From Candidatus Kapaibacterium sp. (GTDB lineage: Bacteria > Verrucomicrobiota > Verrucomicrobiia > Limisphaerales > UBA9464): a DNA stretch of 42,109 nt. Both the position numbers and the translations under genes were made by a program. The stretch's first letter is position 1. Each line of letters begins with the position of its first letter. Shown here piece after piece: positions 8,898 through 17,740 of this stretch. Location: the NCBI GenBank assembly GCA_044339945.1, contig JBIIUN010000002.1:1-42109 (forward strand), given 5' to 3'. The notes beneath the pieces were generated by a model, which worked only from the letters and a program-made list of their open reading frames with translations, had not been told where the DNA came from and ran no database searches.

Positions 8898-10106
8898 TCA
8901 GCGGCTGATGAGCGAGGTGAACTTGGAGGCGATGTCCCAGCGGCGTTTCGGCTGGCGTTGTTCCCGCATGGAACCGTAGCGCACCAACCCGATGGCCGTG
9001 GCGAACTCGGGATTGCCCAGCACGTCCGCCGGCCCCGAGATGTTCTGCACGTGGGCCCGGGCGATGGGGAGTTGGAAGATGTCCTCGGCGAGGTGTTCGA
9101 TCTCGTTGACCCGGGCGCCTCCGCCGCAAAGGAACACGCCGGCGCCAGCGGAAACCAACCCGCCGTGCGGGGCCAATTCAGTGGCAACGATCCGCAGCGT
9201 CTCCTCCAGGCGCAGGTGCATGATGCGCTGGAGGTGTTCCACGTTGATCGTCCGCGGTTGCAAGCCGTTATCGCGCGGGATGGAGTGGATCACGCCCTTC
9301 GACGACGGATCGACCAGCGCCCGGCCCAGCTTGAGCTTGAGTTCCTCGGCCTGCGGCATGGGCAGCTTGAGCCCATTGGCGAGGTCGTTGGTCACGTGGT
9401 CGCCCCCGACCGCCAGCACGCCAGAATGCCGGAGCACGCCGCCGTGAAAGAAGGCGTAGTTGGTCGTGCCGCCGCCCAAGTCGATCACGATGGCGCCTTG
9501 GTCTTTCTGCTCCGGAGTGAGCACCGCGAGGGCCGAGGCCAGCCCGCTGAACACCGGCTTGGCGACGGAAAGCTCCAGCTTCTGCACCACCCGGCGGGCG
9601 GTGGCGATGCGGTTCGAGTTCCCGTGGATGACGTGGACGCACGCCTCGACGCGCGCCCCGACCGCGCCGATCGGATTGTCGCAGGGGCGTTCGTCCACGA
9701 GGAAATCCTGCCGGACGCTGTCCACCACCTCGAAGCCGTTCGGGCAGCCGACGAGCTTGGCGTTGTGGATGGCGTCCTTGACGTCGTCCTTGGTGATCGT
9801 GCGGTCCACCGACGGGATCGGCTGCACGCCCTTGCTGTTCTGGCACCGGATGTGGGTGCCGGTCACCGCAAGGTAGATGCTCTGGACCTCGACGTTGGCC
9901 ATCTCCTCGGCCTCGGCGATGGCCTGGCGGACATCGTCCTCGGTCTTGGTGGCGTCGGTGATCTCCCCCTTGCGCACGCCGCGCGAACGGGCCTGGCCGA
10001 GGCCGAGGATCGTCACTTCGCCGCGGGCACCGATTTCGCCCACGGCGACGCAGACCTTCGAGGTGCCGATTTCGAGTCCGACAATCAGGTGGCTGGGATT
10101 GAACAT
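8898..10106 (-). CDS. ftsA: Cell division protein FtsA
   Basis: Actin-fold motifs VGLEIGTSKVCVAVGE, IDLGGGTTN and GGGARV are present. The C-terminal amphipathic tail reads WDIASKFTSLI. The gene lies between ftsQ and ftsZ. Confidence 0.9.
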   Translation of the reverse strand: MFNPSHLIVGLEIGTSKVCVAVGEIGARGEVTILGLGQARSRGVRKGEITDATKTEDDVRQAIAEAEEMANVEVQSIYLAVTGTHIRCQNSKGVQPIPSVDRTITKDDVKDAIHNAKLVGCPNGFEVVDSVRQDFLVDERPCDNPIGAVGARVEACVHVIHGNSNRIATARRVVQKLELSVAKPVFSGLASALAVLTPEQKDQGAIVIDLGGGTTNYAFFHGGVLRHSGVLAVGGDHVTNDLANGLKLPMPQAEELKLKLGRALVDPSSKGVIHSIPRDNGLQPRTINVEHLQRIMHLRLEETLRIVATELAPHGGLVSAGAGVFLCGGGARVNEIEHLAEDIFQLPIARAHVQNISGPADVLGNPEFATAIGLVRYGSMREQRQPKRRWDIASKFTSLISR

Positions 10107-10124
10107 GGAGACAGTCGTTCGGGT

Positions 10125-11102
10125 TTACGCGTGGCGACGTTGGGGCGACTTCCGCTTGGGACGCACGGGCCTGGCCGGCGGCTCGTTGGTCGAGGAGGAG
10201 GCCAGTTCCACCCAGCGCAGCGGCGGATGGTTGGCCACGCTCAGGTCCAGCGAACCGATGGCTCGGCGCAGCTCGGCGCTCCGCCGTTGCACGCCGTGCC
10301 ATTGCTGGAACTGCCGCTCAAAATTGCCCGGCGTCATCGTGATCTGCGCGCCGCGGGTCGTTACCACGGTCAGCACGCCCGGCACCGATGCGTCCACGGC
10401 GGCGATGTCCGCCTCGGTGGAGATCGGCGCCTCGCCGAAAGTCGCCAGCAACCGCAGCGCTGCGAGCGTCTGCGGGCCGGGCAGCGTGTGGCCCGGCGCG
10501 ATGCCCACGGCCGACGCGCCGGTCAGCAACGGCAGCATGGCTTCGCCTTCGATCACTTCGGCCGGCGCACGGCCCGTCTCGAACGGCGCCATCACGTGGC
10601 CGAGGTCATCGACCAGCAGATAGGTTTCCTTCCCGGCCACCGGCGGCAGCATGAGGCGGGCGACCGGCACGCGTTCCCGGACGGTGATGCGCATCGTGTC
10701 GGGAAATTCCAGCTCCAGCCGCGCGTCCTCGATCCGGGGATGCCGCAACAGCTGCTGGCGAACGCTGTAAGGATCCACCGTCAGGATGTTCCGGCCGACC
10801 GCGATGCCGGCCAGCCGCCGAATCTCCGCGGCCGTAATCACGCCATCCCGGGCGACGGGCAGATCCTTCAGGGCCAGGGACGGAATGTGGTAGAGCCAAC
10901 GCTCCTTGGCCTCGCGGACCAAGGCGCCGCCACCGAGCCAGGCAACTCCGGCCAGGACGAGCAGCAACGCGGGCTTGAGCCACCACACCCGACGCCGGCG
11001 AGGCGGTCCGTCGGCCTCCGCGTTGGCATTGAGCCGCACGTCCAGGGTGAAGTCGCTGTCGCGGCGACGGTTGCGGGGGCGGCTGGTGAAGGGATTGAAC
11101 AT
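10125..11102 (-). CDS. ftsQ: Cell division protein FtsQ (POTRA domain, single N-terminal TM)
   Basis: Arg-rich cytoplasmic tail, one TM helix (LKPALLLVLAGVAWLGGGALV) and a POTRA-like region. It lies between ddl and ftsA. The ATG at 11102 is 3 nt after the ddl stop. Confidence 0.7.
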   Translation of the reverse strand: MFNPFTSRPRNRRRDSDFTLDVRLNANAEADGPPRRRRVWWLKPALLLVLAGVAWLGGGALVREAKERWLYHIPSLALKDLPVARDGVITAAEIRRLAGIAVGRNILTVDPYSVRQQLLRHPRIEDARLELEFPDTMRITVRERVPVARLMLPPVAGKETYLLVDDLGHVMAPFETGRAPAEVIEGEAMLPLLTGASAVGIAPGHTLPGPQTLAALRLLATFGEAPISTEADIAAVDASVPGVLTVVTTRGAQITMTPGNFERQFQQWHGVQRRSAELRRAIGSLDLSVANHPPLRWVELASSSTNEPPARPVRPKRKSPQRRHA

Positions 11103-11104
11103 GT

Positions 11105-12016
11105 TCAGCCTTGGGGGGCGCGTTTCCGGGCCAGTTCCACCATGCGTTCGCACAGGGAGGCAAAATCAATTCCGACCGCGGCGGCGGCCTTGGGCAGCAG
11201 GCTGGTCTCGGTCATGCCGGGCAGCGTGTTGACCTCCAGCACGACCGGCGATCCGTCGGGCCGGACCATCACGTCCACCCGCGCATAATCGCGGCCGCCA
11301 ATCGCGTGGAACGCCCCGAGCGCCGCTGCCTGGATGCGAGCCGTGGTGGCCGGATCGAATTCGGCCGGGCAAAAATATTCCGTGAGGCCGGCCGTGTATT
11401 TGTTCGTGTAGTCGTAGGAACCGGCCTTCGGCCGCACTTCCACGATCGGCAACGCCTGGCCGCCGAGGATTCCAACGGTCGTCTCGCGGCCGACAATCCG
11501 TTCTTCCATGACCACCTCGCCGCCGAACCGCAGCGACTCGGCGAGCTGGCGCGGGAAATCTTCCACACGGTCCACAAACTGGAGCCCCACGCTGCTGCCT
11601 TGCCGGGTGGGCTTGAGGACGACGGGCGGCTGCCAGCCTTCGGGCCAAGGTGCCGAAGCCGAGTTGAAGACCACAAACTTGGCCGTCGGCACGCCCGCCG
11701 CGAGACAACGCCGCTTGGCGACAATCTTGTCGAAGGCGAAGAGCGAGGCCGCCACGCCGCAGCCCGTGTAGGGCACGCCCAACGGTTCCAGCTCGGCCTG
11801 CACCGTGCCGTCCTCGCCATACGTGCCGTGCAACGCGAGGAAGACGGCCTCCGTGCCAACCGGCAACGCGAGGGCTCCCGGCAACGGATCCACCTCGTGG
11901 ACCGTGTGACCGCGCGCGCGCAGCGCCTTGGCCACCGCCGCGCCGGAGCGCAGCGAGACTTCGCGTTCGGCCGAGGGGCCGCCGAGCAAGACGGTGATGG
12001 TCATTGAATCCGGCAT
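11105..12016 (-). CDS. ddl: D-alanine--D-alanine ligase
   Basis: ITVLLGGPSAEREVSLRSG, VVLKPTRQGSSVGL and LEVNTLPGMTETSLLPKAA are typical Ddl ATP-grasp motifs. The start was chosen 8 nt after the murB stop (ATG 12016); ATG 12004 is also possible. Confidence 0.88.
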   Translation of the reverse strand: MPDSMTITVLLGGPSAEREVSLRSGAAVAKALRARGHTVHEVDPLPGALALPVGTEAVFLALHGTYGEDGTVQAELEPLGVPYTGCGVAASLFAFDKIVAKRRCLAAGVPTAKFVVFNSASAPWPEGWQPPVVLKPTRQGSSVGLQFVDRVEDFPRQLAESLRFGGEVVMEERIVGRETTVGILGGQALPIVEVRPKAGSYDYTNKYTAGLTEYFCPAEFDPATTARIQAAALGAFHAIGGRDYARVDVMVRPDGSPVVLEVNTLPGMTETSLLPKAAAAVGIDFASLCERMVELARKRAPQG

Positions 12017-12023
12017 GGATGGT

Positions 12024-13010
12024 TCAGTCTTCCCCGACGATTTCGACCTCGGTTTCCAGTTCCACTCCGCGGACTTCGCGGGCACGGGTGCGGACCAGTT
12101 CGATCAGGTCGAGGACGTTACGCGCCTTCGCATTGCCCAGGTTCACGAAGAAATTCGCATGCACGTCGCTGACCATCGCTTCGCCGACCCGGGTGCCCTT
12201 GAGGCCAAGTTGGTCGATGAGCTTCCCCGCCGGCAGGTCCGGCGCCGGATTCTTGAAGGTGCACCCGGCGCTGGGCTGGTTCGGTTGGGAGTCCCAGCGT
12301 TTCTGGCTATAACCGTCCATGCGCGCCTTCACGGCGTCGGCGGCTTCGTTACTGCCCCGCAGCGTGGCCCCCAGCGCGATGTGGGTGGTGAGCAGCGGAC
12401 AACTGCGGTAGGTGAATGGCACCTCGGCCACGGGCAGGTCCCGCAGCTCGGCGAGAGGCGACAGGCACCGGAGCCGCTCCACGCGGTCAAAGATCCAGCC
12501 GCCCATGGCGCCGGCGTTCATCCGGAGCGCGCCGCCCAAGGAACCCGGAATGCCTTCGAGGAACTCCAGGCCCGCGACGCCGGCCCGTCGGGCTGCGTTC
12601 GCCAGGTCCTTGAGCTTGGCCCCGGCCCCGGCCCGCACGCGATCTTCCTCGATCTCGATCCGGGAAAACTCCGCGTGCGCCAGCCGCACCACGACGCCGC
12701 GGATGCCGCCGTCGCGGACCAGCAGGTTCGAGCCGCGGCCGAGCAGGAAAAGCGGGACGTTCCGCAGCCGGCACAGTTCGACCACCGACGTCAGCGCGTT
12801 TTCGCTGGAGGGTTCGATGTAGATGTCGGCGGGACCGCCCACGCGAAGGGTGGTTCGCGACGCCAGCGGTTCGTCCCGGCGCAGCAACGTCGCCGCAGGC
12901 AACGCCACCTGGAAGTCCCGGAACAGATCCGAGATCAATTCGGCATGGTCCAGCAACGCTTCTTCCGCCGAGTCCACCGGCGCGGCTGCCAGCTTCCAAG
13001 TCGAGCTCAT
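12024..13010 (-). CDS. murB: UDP-N-acetylenolpyruvoylglucosamine reductase
   Basis: FAD-binding motifs TLRVGGPADIY and LGRGSNLLV, plus SAGCTFKNP. ATGA overlap with the murG stop. Confidence 0.88.
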   Translation of the reverse strand: MSSTWKLAAAPVDSAEEALLDHAELISDLFRDFQVALPAATLLRRDEPLASRTTLRVGGPADIYIEPSSENALTSVVELCRLRNVPLFLLGRGSNLLVRDGGIRGVVVRLAHAEFSRIEIEEDRVRAGAGAKLKDLANAARRAGVAGLEFLEGIPGSLGGALRMNAGAMGGWIFDRVERLRCLSPLAELRDLPVAEVPFTYRSCPLLTTHIALGATLRGSNEAADAVKARMDGYSQKRWDSQPNQPSAGCTFKNPAPDLPAGKLIDQLGLKGTRVGEAMVSDVHANFFVNLGNAKARNVLDLIELVRTRAREVRGVELETEVEIVGED

Positions 13011-14194
13011 CGGGCACCTCCTTCAAGTTGCAGTTGGTTGCGGGGCGGCCGAGCGGCCGCAGTTGCCCCACCAGCCCGTGCGCCGCTTCCGTGCGGCAAC
13101 CGCTGGAGAATGCGCTCGGCAATTTCCGCGGCGGCGGCAGGCCGGTCCAAGGCGGCCAGCGCGGCGATGGCCCGGGACCTGGAAGCGCCTTCGGCCGCGA
13201 GCTCGGCAACCAACTCAACCAGTTGCGCCGGCGTCGCGGATTTCTGCGTCAAAACGCGGGCCGCGCCATGGGCGGCGAAGGCTTCGGCATTGTGCCGTTG
13301 GTGATCGTCCACGGCGGCGGGGAACGGAATCAGCACCGCGGGCAGGCGCATCGCGGCGAGCTCGGCCAGCGACGAGGCGCCGCTGCGGCTGATCGCAACC
13401 GTGGCGGCGGCGAGCAGCAATTCCATCTCGGAAAAAAACGCATGGACCCGCACCCGGCGGCCATGGGCGGCCAACGCTGCGCGGACTGGCTCGTGGTCCT
13501 GGGCGCCGGTGAGATGAACGAGTTGCAGCCCGGGAATTTTTTCCAGCATCGCGGGAAACGCGGCCACGACCAACTGGTTGACCCCGGCAGCACCCTGGCT
13601 GCCGCCCATGACTAGCAGGACGGGCTGGGCCGGATCCAATCCCAACGCGAGGCGGGCACCCGCGGCATCAGCGGCAGCGAAACCCGGACGGACGGGCGTG
13701 CCGGTGTTCACCACGCGTGGGTTGCGAAGTCGGCCGGCTGCCGCGTCGAAACCGACGAAACATTCGTCCACCACGTGCGCCAGCCAGCGGTTGGCCCGGC
13801 CCGGAATAGTGTTCGATTCGTGGAGAAAAGTGACGGCTCCCGACCGCTTGCCCGCGAGAATCGGCGGGGCGCTGGTAAAGCCGCCCATGGCCAGCACCGC
13901 CTGGGGCGGACGCGGCCGGAACGCCGTCCGTGCGGCCCGATATGAACGCAGGCTGGCGGCGGCAAACTTCAGGACCCGTCGGCCCGTCAGCCCGACCGCG
14001 GGCAGGGTCACCAAGTTGAACTCGCCGGCGACGCCGCGAACCGCCTGTTGATCCACATCCTTGGGCGAGATGAGCAACGACACATCGCAGCCGCGCGCGA
14101 CCAATTCATGCCCCACTGCCAAACCGGGGAACAGGTGGCCGCCCGTGCCGCCGCAGGCGATCGCCACATGCAGGTTGGGCAAAGGTTGGGTCAT
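13007..14194 (-). CDS. murG: UDP-N-acetylglucosamine--N-acetylmuramyl-(pentapeptide) pyrophosphoryl-undecaprenol GlcNAc transferase
   Basis: IACGGTGGHLFPGLAV, VMGGSQGAAGVN and ISRSGASSLAELAA motifs. The ATG at 14194 forms an ATGA overlap with the ftsW stop, and the upstream 98-codon extension is rejected. Confidence 0.88.
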   Translation of the reverse strand: MTQPLPNLHVAIACGGTGGHLFPGLAVGHELVARGCDVSLLISPKDVDQQAVRGVAGEFNLVTLPAVGLTGRRVLKFAAASLRSYRAARTAFRPRPPQAVLAMGGFTSAPPILAGKRSGAVTFLHESNTIPGRANRWLAHVVDECFVGFDAAAGRLRNPRVVNTGTPVRPGFAAADAAGARLALGLDPAQPVLLVMGGSQGAAGVNQLVVAAFPAMLEKIPGLQLVHLTGAQDHEPVRAALAAHGRRVRVHAFFSEMELLLAAATVAISRSGASSLAELAAMRLPAVLIPFPAAVDDHQRHNAEAFAAHGAARVLTQKSATPAQLVELVAELAAEGASRSRAIAALAALDRPAAAAEIAERILQRLPHGSGARAGGATAAARPPRNQLQLEGGAR

Positions 14195-15306
14195 TGCGGC
14201 AGGTCGGTATCGGCGTCGTCGAACGGATTGGCGGCGCGGCGAAGGTCGGCGACCTCCTGCACGACGGCCTGCCGGGAGATGTTCAGCAACAGGCCGACGA
14301 GGGTCATCATGACGACGATCCCCGTGCCGCCGCGGCTGACAAACGGGAGCGCGATACCCTTGTTCGGCAACAGTCCGGTCACGACGCCCATGTTGAAGCA
14401 GGATTGCCCCGCGATGACAAACGTGATGCCCGCCGCCAGCAACGCGAGGAACGGGTCCTCCGTGCGGTGGGTAATCGAGGCACCGCAAAGCAGGATGATC
14501 ATGAAGGCGGCCACGACCCCGAGTGTGGCGACCAGGCCAAGCTCCTCGCCGATGACCGGGAAGATGAAATCCGTGTGCTGTTCGGGCACCTTGAACTTAA
14601 GCGAACCGCGGCCCAGTCCCTTGCCTTCGAGGCCGCCCTCCGAGAAGGCGTAGAGCGATTGGTTCAACTGGTTGGCAGCGTCGCGGTTGGACTCCGGCTT
14701 AAGGAAGGCATTGACCCGGTTCATCGCATAGCCGCTTTGCGAAATGACGACGGCCAAAGCCACGGCCCCGGCGATACCCGTAAGCGACACATGTGACCAT
14801 CGGACGCCGGCCACGAGCATCACGAGCAAGGTGACGCCACCCAGCAGCGCGGTGGTCCCCTTGTCAGGTTCCGCGAGGATCAGGCCGAGCACCGGGGCGG
14901 CGATCAGCCCCATGCCCAGGACCCCGGCGGTGAAGGTTTGCATCCGGTGGCGATACCGGGCCGCGAACCAAGCCAACGCGACCACCAGCGCGACCTTGGC
15001 GAATTCCGACGGTTGGGTTCCGAACAACCATCGCTGGGCGCCGAGGCTGCGGGTGCCCAGCGGCGAAACCGTCAGCAGGAGCGCCACCAAGGCTAGCCCG
15101 TAGAGATACCACGTGGCCTTCTTCACCCAATCCAATTCGAGCAGCGCCGCAAAGGCAAAGGCGCCGAAGCCGACGGCGCACGCGATGGCCTGCCGAATCA
15201 CGAAGCTGTCGGTCGACTTCAGCATCGTGGCGCTCGCGAGCATGGTCACGCTCAGCACCAGCAGGGAACCGACGGCCAGCAGCAGGAAGGTGGAGGTTCG
15301 GTTCAT
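14191..15306 (-). CDS. ftsW: SEDS-family peptidoglycan polymerase FtsW
   Basis: Ten-TM SEDS-type protein (..QPSEFAKV.., ..PEQHTDFIF.., ..LPNKGIALPFVSRGGT..) located immediately upstream of murG. Confidence 0.85.
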   Translation of the reverse strand: MNRTSTFLLLAVGSLLVLSVTMLASATMLKSTDSFVIRQAIACAVGFGAFAFAALLELDWVKKATWYLYGLALVALLLTVSPLGTRSLGAQRWLFGTQPSEFAKVALVVALAWFAARYRHRMQTFTAGVLGMGLIAAPVLGLILAEPDKGTTALLGGVTLLVMLVAGVRWSHVSLTGIAGAVALAVVISQSGYAMNRVNAFLKPESNRDAANQLNQSLYAFSEGGLEGKGLGRGSLKFKVPEQHTDFIFPVIGEELGLVATLGVVAAFMIILLCGASITHRTEDPFLALLAAGITFVIAGQSCFNMGVVTGLLPNKGIALPFVSRGGTGIVVMMTLVGLLLNISRQAVVQEVADLRRAANPFDDADTDLPQ

Positions 15307-15383
15307 GGTCGCGAGGCGGAGTTCTGAACGGCAGGGCGCGTCCGGATTGAGGAGGGCCGGACGCGCCCCGGTTTACGCAGGGT

Positions 15384-16235
15384 TTACCGCGGAGTGCCGA
15401 TCGGCGCAGGTGACACCGGCGCCGCGATCGGCGTGGCGGTGGGCAGCAAGGGTGCCGGCGAAACCACCGGCGGAGCGACTGGCTCCGGGGCCGGAGCCGC
15501 CGGCGCGGGGGCGGCGGCCTTCGACGGGATCTTGATCTTTTGGCCGACCTTCAGGTCATTCGACTTGAGCCCGCTGGCCTGGCGAATCGCCTTGATCGTG
15601 GTGCCATGGACCTTGGCCAGCTTGGTGAGCGTGTCCCCACCCTTGACGGTGTAGGTGATGGTCTCGGAAGCCGCCTGCGGCGCTGTTTCCTGGGCAGCCG
15701 GCGGCGTGGCCGGGGCGGCGGCGCCAGCGGGCAGATTGATCTTTTGGTTCACCTTCAGCTTCGCCAAGTCGACGCCGGGATTGGCCTCCTGAAGCTGCTT
15801 GAGCGTGACCTTGTTCCGGCTCGCGATGCGGCCGGCGATGTCGCCTTTCTTGACGACGTATTCGGAGGTCGGCCCGCCCGCGGTCTCATGCACCGCCGGC
15901 TCGACGGGGGGAGGTGCGACGGGCGAAATCGGCTGCTCGAAGGTGACCGGCGGAATCGGGTTCGTGCTCGGTTGCGCGATCAGATTGGTCGGGGCGCCGC
16001 CGACCAGGGCGGGATCGACCAAGTTGGTCTCGGTGATCAGGGGCTGCGAAAGCGTGTCGGTGACCGGCGGCTCAACGGGCTTCGGTTCCTCGCGCTTGCA
16101 GCCAATGATCAGCAGGCCGCCGAGCAGGAACACGTGCAGGCCGACAATCAGGGCGGCGACGTGGAACGTGGACTTGGACTTGGCCTGCTGCTCCAGCAGC
16201 GAGCCCTGGGGAATCAACGGATTCGGTGAACTCAT
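15384..16235 (-). CDS. Membrane-anchored tandem-LysM protein with Pro/Ala-rich linkers
   Basis: N-terminal TM helix (FHVAALIVGLHVFLLGGLLIIG). Two LysM repeats are present (YVVKKGDIAGRIASRNKVTLKQLQEANP...; YTVKGGDTLTKLAKVHGTTIKAIRQASGL...). GC3 is very high. ATG at 16235 is preferred over GTG at 16253. Confidence 0.8.
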   Translation of the reverse strand: MSSPNPLIPQGSLLEQQAKSKSTFHVAALIVGLHVFLLGGLLIIGCKREEPKPVEPPVTDTLSQPLITETNLVDPALVGGAPTNLIAQPSTNPIPPVTFEQPISPVAPPPVEPAVHETAGGPTSEYVVKKGDIAGRIASRNKVTLKQLQEANPGVDLAKLKVNQKINLPAGAAAPATPPAAQETAPQAASETITYTVKGGDTLTKLAKVHGTTIKAIRQASGLKSNDLKVGQKIKIPSKAAAPAPAAPAPEPVAPPVVSPAPLLPTATPIAAPVSPAPIGTPR

Positions 16236-16285
16236 TTTATGGGGGCCGCGCACGGGCGGCGATCGAGGAGGGTTGGGGTGAAGTT

Positions 16286-16320
16286 GGCCCCGCGTTGACT
16301 CCTCAAGTCAACGCGAGGCC
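16286..16320 (-). other. Strong 14-bp stem / 7-nt loop hairpin in the mraY-LysM gap
   Basis: Plus strand reads GGCCCCGCGTTGAC-TCCTCAA-GTCAACGCGAGGCC. On the minus-strand transcript the single imperfect position is a G.U wobble, but it is a C.A mismatch on the plus strand. No U-tract follows, so it is not a classic intrinsic terminator. Confidence 0.4.
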
Positions 16321-16614
16321 AAGAGGGTTCCGCGTGGGCCGGAAAATGGATGGAAGTCTCCACCACCCGGGGAGAACTCAGGGCGGGAGGGCGGCCGTCA
16401 TCCTGACGCTCCGTAACCCATTCCCGGACTGAAACCAGACGATCTTCGCACCGACTGCCGCCGCCACACACACCACCTGACCAACGGCTCTGCGGGCCGT
16501 CGCCGGCGCCGATTAAAGCGGGGGACAGGTGCCATGCAAGGGGGGAAAAGACCGTCTTGCGGCCGGCACCGGCTTTCGGGCAAAAGCCCAATATGTTGTG
16601 GTGTGAGGGCATGC

Positions 16615-17739
16615 CTACCGGACTTTTAGTGTGCTGAGCGCCACGACGGCGCACAGGATGGCTACGATGTAGAAGCGGACGACGATCTTCGATTCCGGCA
16701 GGCCCTTCTTCCGGAAATGGTGGTGCAACGGCGACATCAGGAAGATGCGGCGGCCCTGCCCGAAGCGCTTCCGGGTGTATTTGAACCAGCCCACCTGAAG
16801 CATCACGCTGAGTGCCTCCGCGACGAACACGGCGCCAGCAATCGGCAGGACAAACGGCTGATGAATCAGCACCGCCATGATGCCCAGCGCGCCGCCGAGC
16901 GCGAGCGAACCGGTGTCGCCCATGAAGACCTCCGCCGGGTGGCAGTTGAACCATAGGAACCCCAGGCAGGCCCCGAGCATGGCGGCGCAGATCACGGTCA
17001 GTTCCCCGGCGCCGGGCACGTGGGGCACCAGTAGGTAATGTGCGAACACGGAATTGCCCGCGATGTAAGTCATCACCAGGAAGACCAGCGTGGTGATCAG
17101 CGTGCAGCCGATGGCCAGGCCATCCATGCCGTCGGTCAGGTTCACGGCATTCGACGCGCCGCAGATGACGAGGATGGCCAACAGAATCCCGACAACCGGC
17201 ACGCCGATCAGCACCGGGTTCTTGATGAATGGCACCTGGATGTCGTTGATCAACGAGGCGGTCGACGGCAGTTGCCAGAGATAGATGGCCACGCCCAGTC
17301 CGAGCGCGAACTGCACGTAAATCTTGAGATGGGACTTTGCGCCCTCGTTGGTCTGCTTGGTCACCTTGAGCCAGTCGTCGTAGAAGCCGAGTCCTGCGAG
17401 CACCACGATGGCCAGCACGGTCAGTAGCACGAACGGATTCCAGCGCGCCCAGAGGAGCACCGCGATGTCCAGCACCAGCACGATGAGGATGCCGCCCATC
17501 GTGGGCGTGCCCCGCTTGGCCAAGTCCGCGGCGGCGGCCGTCGCGTCGGCGCCTTCCTTGACGTCCTTCGGGCGGTAGTCTTGCCGGAACTTGAGGTCCT
17601 GCAGCCACCGGATCACCCCGGGCCCCATCAGCATGCTGAGCAGCAATGCGGTGATGGCCGCGCCCGCGCTGCGGAAAGTGATGTATTGGAACACCGACCA
17701 CGGCGCGAACGGGAACAGCTCTGAAAGGTGGTAAAGCAT
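16615..17739 (-). CDS. mraY: Phospho-N-acetylmuramoyl-pentapeptide transferase
   Basis: FYDDWLKV, NAVNLTDGMDGLA, FMGDTGSLALGG and SPLHHHF are all canonical MraY motifs. The start lies 1 nt after the murF stop. Confidence 0.92.
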   Translation of the reverse strand: MLYHLSELFPFAPWSVFQYITFRSAGAAITALLLSMLMGPGVIRWLQDLKFRQDYRPKDVKEGADATAAAADLAKRGTPTMGGILIVLVLDIAVLLWARWNPFVLLTVLAIVVLAGLGFYDDWLKVTKQTNEGAKSHLKIYVQFALGLGVAIYLWQLPSTASLINDIQVPFIKNPVLIGVPVVGILLAILVICGASNAVNLTDGMDGLAIGCTLITTLVFLVMTYIAGNSVFAHYLLVPHVPGAGELTVICAAMLGACLGFLWFNCHPAEVFMGDTGSLALGGALGIMAVLIHQPFVLPIAGAVFVAEALSVMLQVGWFKYTRKRFGQGRRIFLMSPLHHHFRKKGLPESKIVVRFYIVAILCAVVALSTLKVR

Positions 17740-17740
17740 C

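Noticed and set aside
8130-11288. 1052-aa plus-strand ORF spanning ftsZ, ftsA and ftsQ
   Set aside because: It is antisense to three confidently identified conserved genes. The translation is Arg/Gly/His/Pro-rich low-complexity sequence with no recognisable motif. This is the typical shadow ORF of a high-GC genome.
15400-15560. Repetitive Pro/Ala-rich DNA (APAPAAPAPEPVAPP...) that might look like a tandem repeat
   Set aside because: It is the low-complexity C-terminal linker of the LysM protein, read in frame. It is not a discrete nucleotide tandem repeat or a CRISPR-like array.
16232-16612. 126-codon minus-strand ORF exactly filling the mraY-LysM gap
   Set aside because: The junction geometry is attractive (2 nt after the mraY stop, ATGA overlap with the LysM start). 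However, third-position G+C is only about two-thirds versus more than 80% in neighbouring genes, and the peptide has no protein-like features. It is kept as an open question in the findings rather than called as a CDS.
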